Part shown: positions 58,365 through 64,000 of the stretch, piece after piece
Numbering within the stretch: the stretch's first letter is position 1
Layout: the number at the start of each line of letters is the position of its first letter
IMG/VR virus record: IMGVR_UViG_3300033463_000004
Span: 128,001-192,000 of that record
Strand: one strand, 5' to 3'
Origin: a virus
Taxonomy: Duplodnaviria; Caudoviricetes
DNA length: 64,000 nt
Position numbers and translations under genes: made by a program
The notes under the pieces: generated by a model
Databases searched by the model: none
What the model was told of the DNA's origin: nothing
The model's input: only the letters and a program-made list of their open reading frames with translations

Positions 58365-60293
58365 ATGAATCCGTATGATGAATATTTGGACAGAGTTTTC
58401 AAAGTATATATGCAGATGCATCCGGATCGAAATCCGGATAAAGTAAAGCAACATATACAAGAAATGACTGACCGGAATTTTAAAGATATCCCATGCCAAT
58501 TGAATAATAACATTACACATGAAACAATCAACACGAGTGTTTGTCAAACATTTAATTGGATTGAACAACGTTCGCCGATTATTTCAGGTAATGGTACATT
58601 TTTCATGCAACATGAAGAATACCTTGCACCGATTGTGGTCATGCTTGAAACATTGCAGGCTGAACGTAAAGGTGTCAAGAAAGAAATGTACAAGCACGAC
58701 AAAAAATCGGTTGAATATGCTCTGTTGAATACAGAGCAAGGATCGATTAAGGTCATTATGAATGCTGACTACGGCGGGTCTGGAACGACGTTGTCACCAT
58801 TCTATTCTTGCTATATCCCGCCTGCAACGACGGGCTCCGCTAAGGTTATGACCACAACCTTAATCTGCTGTTTGGAAATGCTCTCTGGTAATCAAGATAA
58901 ATGGGCAAAGATTCAAAATATCAATGGTCTATACGATTTCATTCATATTGTATTAACTGATACAGAAGAGCGTCCAAATGCAATTAAGGATAAATTTGAT
59001 ATTGATGAAATATGCGATGCTTTGCTGAGTTTCGTTCATAATTATTCATATGAAGATGTCAAATATCTGAAAGCATTTCTTTTCACGCTAACAGACGAGC
59101 AGCGAACAAGATTGCGGTTAGCATTCCAAGTGAAATATGTTTTAAATGAATATTTGCAAACAGAAATCGATGTGGTAATGGAATATTTGAAATCACATCG
59201 TATAAACTGGAATAATATCTCAAAAGAAACATTACAGATATCTGGATTTGGTACCGAGATACCACCAGAAATCAAACCACAAATGGATCGAATCAGTCAG
59301 GTTGTATTGGATAATTGTTGTTATCCATTTATATTAAATGATAATGAAGTTCGTGCAGCAGAAATGCAACGAGTTATTGTATGTATTACAGATACGGATT
59401 CGTTGATGGTTCATTTTGCAAATTATCTGGACGAGTTCCATGCACATGTTGAGAACTTCCGTGATAGTTGCATTGTTGCATCTGCCTTGGGTATGCGATT
59501 ATTCGTTGAAAATATTATTCCAAAAATGGTACGATATCTGACGATTGGTTGTAATATTAAAGATGAATACTATCGAAAGAAGTTTGTGTTCAAAAATGAA
59601 TTTGGTTTCTTGGCACAAGCATTAATTGCAAAGAAAATGTATGCCTCATCTATGTTTGTGCAAGAGGGTTCTCCGCGTGATATTCATGATATTGCCGTAT
59701 CGGGTTTGTCATTTAAGAAACGTGATTCCGCAGAATTCTTGGAAGACATTATGGTGCATCTTTATGATAAATACATTCTGACACCAGATCGTGTATCCGT
59801 TGAAGGAATCATGGATGAATATTATGCATTACGTGACAAATTGAAAGGAGAACTCACGTACAATCCAAAGTATTATCAGGTATTAAGTTTGAAGGATGTA
59901 TCGGCATATGATCCGACAAAACGACTTCCTGCTCAAATGCTTGGTGCGTTGGTATGGAATGAAATCATGCCTGATGAACAGTTACTTCCGATGGATCGTG
60001 TCATTGTTGTTCGTTTATCATTTGAGAAAATGCAACAGCATGCCCCGAACAATCAACGAATTGCAACGGTGTTAAGATTGTCTTTGAATAACAACGAAAA
60101 GATGAAAGATACACCTTTCATCTGTCTGCCAGAACATTATCATGAAATTCCAGACTGGGTTTCATTAATCATTGATGAAGAAGGCATGGTAGATAAGTTG
60201 TTAACGCCTTTCAAACAACTGTTAAGTTTGTTTGATATTATGGTCGCAGAGACCAAAGCTGGAGCAGTATCATCTAGAATGATCTGCTTATAA
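58365..60293 (+). CDS. Split family-B DNA polymerase, C-terminal subunit (motifs B and C)
   Basis: 'KVIMNADYG', 'TDTDS', 'KKMY', 'SGLSFKKRD'. Confidence 0.85.
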   Translation: MNPYDEYLDRVFKVYMQMHPDRNPDKVKQHIQEMTDRNFKDIPCQLNNNITHETINTSVCQTFNWIEQRSPIISGNGTFFMQHEEYLAPIVVMLETLQAERKGVKKEMYKHDKKSVEYALLNTEQGSIKVIMNADYGGSGTTLSPFYSCYIPPATTGSAKVMTTTLICCLEMLSGNQDKWAKIQNINGLYDFIHIVLTDTEERPNAIKDKFDIDEICDALLSFVHNYSYEDVKYLKAFLFTLTDEQRTRLRLAFQVKYVLNEYLQTEIDVVMEYLKSHRINWNNISKETLQISGFGTEIPPEIKPQMDRISQVVLDNCCYPFILNDNEVRAAEMQRVIVCITDTDSLMVHFANYLDEFHAHVENFRDSCIVASALGMRLFVENIIPKMVRYLTIGCNIKDEYYRKKFVFKNEFGFLAQALIAKKMYASSMFVQEGSPRDIHDIAVSGLSFKKRDSAEFLEDIMVHLYDKYILTPDRVSVEGIMDEYYALRDKLKGELTYNPKYYQVLSLKDVSAYDPTKRLPAQMLGALVWNEIMPDEQLLPMDRVIVVRLSFEKMQQHAPNNQRIATVLRLSLNNNEKMKDTPFICLPEHYHEIPDWVSLIIDEEGMVDKLLTPFKQLLSLFDIMVAETKAGAVSSRMICL

Positions 60294-60312
60294 AATGAAA
60301 GGAGAATCCATA

Positions 60313-60873
60313 ATGTTTGAAGAAATCTACGTATGGTTGGAATCATATGGTGGAACATCATTTGATTTCGACGAATCAATTCAAGAAATTGGAGAGACTG
60401 AAGCAATCGTTGATCCATTTACATGGCATACGGGAATTGATATTATATTAACACAATTGGACGAAGCATGTGATATCATTGATGAATATTGGCGTGCAAT
60501 TCCAGAAGGTATGCCAAATCGTAAAAAGATGAAACGTATGTTGACCGAAAATGTTCTTGGTTTAGTTGTTGGCAATATTCGTTCAATCTGTAATATGTTA
60601 AATTTAAATCTTGAAGAAATCAAAACAATGGATCAACTCCATGTTGTAATTGATGCGTTATATGAATTGATCAATCTGTTGCGCACACATACGATTGATG
60701 AAATCATTAAGAACGGATTATATGATCAACATGAAGAGGAAAATGATAATTCATTTGCAAATGTGCTGAATGTCATGAAAGAAGATATGGCGCAGCTTGC
60801 AATGAATGTGACATCTATTCAAGATGAGTATTACGATTCTTTGGATAATGAGGATTTAGACGAATTATATTGA
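60313..60873 (+). CDS. Acidic hypothetical protein
   Basis: RBS GAAAGGAG. Confidence 0.7.
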   Translation: MFEEIYVWLESYGGTSFDFDESIQEIGETEAIVDPFTWHTGIDIILTQLDEACDIIDEYWRAIPEGMPNRKKMKRMLTENVLGLVVGNIRSICNMLNLNLEEIKTMDQLHVVIDALYELINLLRTHTIDEIIKNGLYDQHEEENDNSFANVLNVMKEDMAQLAMNVTSIQDEYYDSLDNEDLDELY

Positions 60874-60949
60874 TTCAGAACATAATATATATTGTTCTGA
60901 ATGGTCACAACATTAACATATATCATATTCTGAAAGGAGAGTGGCTGCA

Positions 60950-61534
60950 ATGCCGTTCCAAAATTCCAATGGTTTTAATAACCAAAATGCATCACAAGGC
61001 GAAAAGAAAAAGACTAACTTCCCTGTTGGTAGACTTTTCGGTACTGACGCTGTCATGAATCTGAGCGTTTGGAATTCTGATTCCGCTGTTTACACCATAT
61101 TCTCAATCAAACAATCTGTCGGTAAAGATCCGACAACTGGTGGAAATGTTTATGAACAGAAAATGCCGAATGAACTTCCGCGTGTGTTCATGAATCCGGA
61201 AATTCTTACAGCTTTCACAACTGGTTGTGAATCTCTGGATATTACCCAATCAGTAACAATTCAGATCCCGCAGAAGAATGGTTCTAAAATCACAATCGCA
61301 ACGAATGATTCTCAAGTCAAAATTACACTTGAGACACAGAAACAGGGTACTAGAACTGTGACGTTCGAACCGATTCCGTTTGGTTCTACGAAGATCAATT
61401 CTCAGTGGAAGAATATGTTGTATCTTCTGAATATTGCTATGAAGAAAGCACTCCTGGCAAAGTTGGATACAGCTGAATTCGGTACTGCAATTGCTGCATC
61501 AGGTGATGCTGCAGATGAGGAGTTGCCAATCTAA
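60950..61534 (+). CDS. Putative single-stranded DNA-binding protein
   Basis: Beta-rich core; acidic C-terminal tail 'DAADEELPI' resembling SSB 'DDxPF'; replication context. Confidence 0.45.
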   Translation: MPFQNSNGFNNQNASQGEKKKTNFPVGRLFGTDAVMNLSVWNSDSAVYTIFSIKQSVGKDPTTGGNVYEQKMPNELPRVFMNPEILTAFTTGCESLDITQSVTIQIPQKNGSKITIATNDSQVKITLETQKQGTRTVTFEPIPFGSTKINSQWKNMLYLLNIAMKKALLAKLDTAEFGTAIAASGDAADEELPI

Positions 61535-62148
61535 TGGTTGATTTTTCCAGTATCGGACAAGACGCTTTTCTGGTTCAATATGAAGATATCATATCTTTAA
61601 TCGGATTGAATGTTGTTCGTTTTATCAGATCGAAACAGAATCTGGAATCAACGGATGAATTGACATTGGAATATCTAAATCGGACGGATTATGATATTGC
61701 AAAGTTTGTTCGTGAACGAAATCTGATTGATTGTGATTTTCCGATTACGCAAATGATGAATTCAAAGATTGCATGTCAACCAAATTTGGCATATGCTTTC
61801 AAGATGATCAATGCGGCACATCAGAATGGAATTACTCGTTTCTATATTCATTCAAATGAATATTCTCCTGTAATTGAGCAATTTGTCAATGATTTGGAAA
61901 TCAAAATAACGTATGTGCACGGGGATATTATCCCCGTGCTCAATGCGTTGCCCAACTGTACATATACAACATCTAACCCAGATAATATTCGGAAATGTAT
62001 GAATGTTAATGTTCCATTTGCATTGACAATTGTCGATGATTTCCAATATGTTGGACCGATCGTATTGGATCAATCATTTATAGATAAACTGAGACAGAAA
62101 AACGTTTATGTTCAATTCACCGGTGTGATATCCGCCGGAATCATCTGA
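61534..62148 (+). CDS. Hypothetical protein (possibly a degenerate HAD-like fold)
   Basis: TAATG coupling with the upstream gene. Confidence 0.6.
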   Translation: MVDFSSIGQDAFLVQYEDIISLIGLNVVRFIRSKQNLESTDELTLEYLNRTDYDIAKFVRERNLIDCDFPITQMMNSKIACQPNLAYAFKMINAAHQNGITRFYIHSNEYSPVIEQFVNDLEIKITYVHGDIIPVLNALPNCTYTTSNPDNIRKCMNVNVPFALTIVDDFQYVGPIVLDQSFIDKLRQKNVYVQFTGVISAGII

Positions 62149-62181
62149 TATCATTTCCACTTAGTCAGGAGGTTGAAGACA

Positions 62182-63810
62182 TTGGCCGAGCCCGTAAACA
62201 AGACAATGTTGTATCTGTATGACCCAGACGAGACGTATGAATACAACGCAAACCATGGTACTGAATATCCGTATAATGGATTCCCGACAGGACAGTATGG
62301 CAGAAAATATAAAAAGACCCGATTCATTAACTGGGAACCTATTCCGGAAGACATCATTATTCGACATAATGGTTCACAAATCTTTGTGAACTTTGCTGCG
62401 TTATTTCCTAACGATGTTCCTGACCCAGCCGTCCAGTTATTTCAGATGAGAACTCGGCGATTGGATTTACAAAACCTGATATGTGAACAGATCAATTTCT
62501 TTACCGCATTATATGATGATGACAATGATCTCATCACATCAATGCTGATTGCAAAACTGATGACAGATTCTCAAACATATACAATTGTGACATTTGACGA
62601 ATATCAACAACAGTTATTCGAGATTTTGTTTCCAGAAAGAACAATCGACAGAATCAGAAAAATGGTTGAAGAAAATGATGTTGGTGATGATGTCAAAGGA
62701 TTGTTCCCAGAAGATATGCCAAGAGATATTTTTATCGTATCATTCATGATTAAAGTGATGCATATTTTTATCGAGCATTTCATTATCTCAACTGGTAATT
62801 CGCCGAAGGATCTGTATGAATTGTTTGCAACCGCATTCACAAACATCATGAATCACATCAATCCAAACATTTATGTGTTGTTGTATGATTATGTGTACAA
62901 CTCGGTTGTTCAATCCTGTTCATCGAATGCAAATATCTATGATATGCAAGCAATCGATGGTGTTACAATTCCGACAACTGCACAATTTGTCATGCGGAAA
63001 AGTTTATTGTGTGACGGTTTAATCAAACTTACATTTGCATCTGCGTGGGATAAGATTAACAAACGTCCGACATTTTCATGTGTCGGTTTAATTAAAGCAA
63101 TTATTACACAAGCTTCATTTGTAACAAGAAAAGTACAACTCCGATATTCACTGGTCAACGTTGATGATATTTCTCAACTGCTTCCTGATCAGATATCGAA
63201 TAATTCTCCAATCTCAATGATTCGTTCTTTTAATCCTGGAGAATATTCCTGCATGTATAAGGATTTGAAGATTATCATTGCACATGTTGCATTGGAGATT
63301 GATTTGTCTCCGGTTGATTTCTATTTAGAAAATCTTCCGCAGATGAATGATCTTTCCAAGATTCTTGTTGAAGCTGTGTTGTATAATAAATTCCATTCAA
63401 GTATTTCAATTAATACATTATCCATGAAACAAAAATACATTCTTCTGTTGTATGTCAGACATTTAATCATGCAGATATATAATTTAACAGAAGAATCAAC
63501 AAAAACAAATCCATTGATTAACATGTTAATGGCAAAGACTGTAACGTATACAACGAAAACATTGACTGCAAAAGACTTGAATTCAATCAAGAAATTTGTG
63601 AAGTTAAATAACTTACGTGAGTTCTTATTGTCTGAAAAGAATGTCACAACGTTTATCGAATCTATTGTACATTCTGTTCTCTCATCATATACAATCGTGA
63701 ATCATAATGATGAATCATTGTTAAACACATCTCTTCAGTACGATGCAAATACGATGACATTGGATCTGTTGGATATGTGTGTATCATTGTTTGATTTCAT
63801 TACACGTTAA
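62182..63810 (+). CDS. Probable non-virion RNAP promoter-specificity (sigma-like, phiKZ gp68/AR9 gp226-type) subunit
   Basis: ~540 aa, appears mostly helical; directly upstream of the beta'-N gene; TTG 62182 is well spaced from AGGAGG; family call is from memory of the sequence pattern only. Confidence 0.4.
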   Translation: MAEPVNKTMLYLYDPDETYEYNANHGTEYPYNGFPTGQYGRKYKKTRFINWEPIPEDIIIRHNGSQIFVNFAALFPNDVPDPAVQLFQMRTRRLDLQNLICEQINFFTALYDDDNDLITSMLIAKLMTDSQTYTIVTFDEYQQQLFEILFPERTIDRIRKMVEENDVGDDVKGLFPEDMPRDIFIVSFMIKVMHIFIEHFIISTGNSPKDLYELFATAFTNIMNHINPNIYVLLYDYVYNSVVQSCSSNANIYDMQAIDGVTIPTTAQFVMRKSLLCDGLIKLTFASAWDKINKRPTFSCVGLIKAIITQASFVTRKVQLRYSLVNVDDISQLLPDQISNNSPISMIRSFNPGEYSCMYKDLKIIIAHVALEIDLSPVDFYLENLPQMNDLSKILVEAVLYNKFHSSISINTLSMKQKYILLLYVRHLIMQIYNLTEESTKTNPLINMLMAKTVTYTTKTLTAKDLNSIKKFVKLNNLREFLLSEKNVTTFIESIVHSVLSSYTIVNHNDESLLNTSLQYDANTMTLDLLDMCVSLFDFITR

Positions 63811-63830
63811 AAAGAAAGAAGGAGAATAAT

Positions 63831-64000
63831 ATGAAAGCAGTAAGATGTAATCTGGAAACAGAATACAGAGCAGACATCGCGACAAACAATGGATTTCGAA
63901 TTGAGAAAGAAGACCACTATTCACCAACAAATGTAAATGCACTTGTGGATTCCTCTAAATTCACCGATTGTGAATATAGATGTGAGTGTGGTGCATTTAT
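63831..64000 (+). CDS. RNA polymerase beta'-like N-terminal subunit (truncated by the window edge)
   Basis: RBS AAGGAG; MKAVRCNL...EYRCECGAF matches the start of the beta' Zn-binding domain. Confidence 0.6.
   Translation, partial: MKAVRCNLETEYRADIATNNGFRIEKEDHYSPTNVNALVDSSKFTDCEYRCECGAF

Noticed and set aside
1-64000. CRISPR array, tRNA or rRNA genes, IS elements
   Set aside because: No regularly spaced repeats, cloverleaf/T-arm signatures or transposase motifs were seen by eye.
1-64000. Alternative genetic code in use
   Set aside because: Genes are full-length and tightly packed under code 11; the one break (55709) is explained by a frameshift.

Overview
This AT-rich 64 kb window comes from a jumbo tailed phage of the phiKZ/AR9(PBS1)-like group. 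The host is probably a Firmicute (Clostridia-like), judged from strong AAGGAGG ribosome-binding sites (RBS) and a Clostridial-type amidase, holin and tail-fibre modules. It encodes split multisubunit RNA polymerase subunits (beta, beta'-C, and the start of a second beta'-N), a probable sigma-like subunit, and a family-B DNA polymerase split into two genes about 48 kb apart. It also carries a GyrA/ParC-like topoisomerase, an SF2 helicase, a DHH phosphoesterase, an intein-interrupted endolysin, a holin, a tail-fibre/baseplate block and several probable internal head proteins. Two promoter classes are readable directly: early-type TATATTATT followed by a 5' hairpin, and late-type AAAC[G/C]-N6-TAA. 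The most notable candidate system is a probable virion-packaged polyprotein (58108->54054) joined across a T7 slippery site. It carries three SMI1/KNR4(SUKH)-like domains plus a DUF1963/YwqG domain, separated by putative prohead-protease sites (Phi-Q-E|A/G/S), and may be an injected poly-immunity/anti-defence payload. Other highlights are a structured RNA with two anti-Shine-Dalgarno motifs (52354-52537), a ~340 nt structured intergenic RNA (18566-18903), and an intein placed just before the endolysin's catalytic Cys. All product calls come from motif recognition by eye; no database searches were run.
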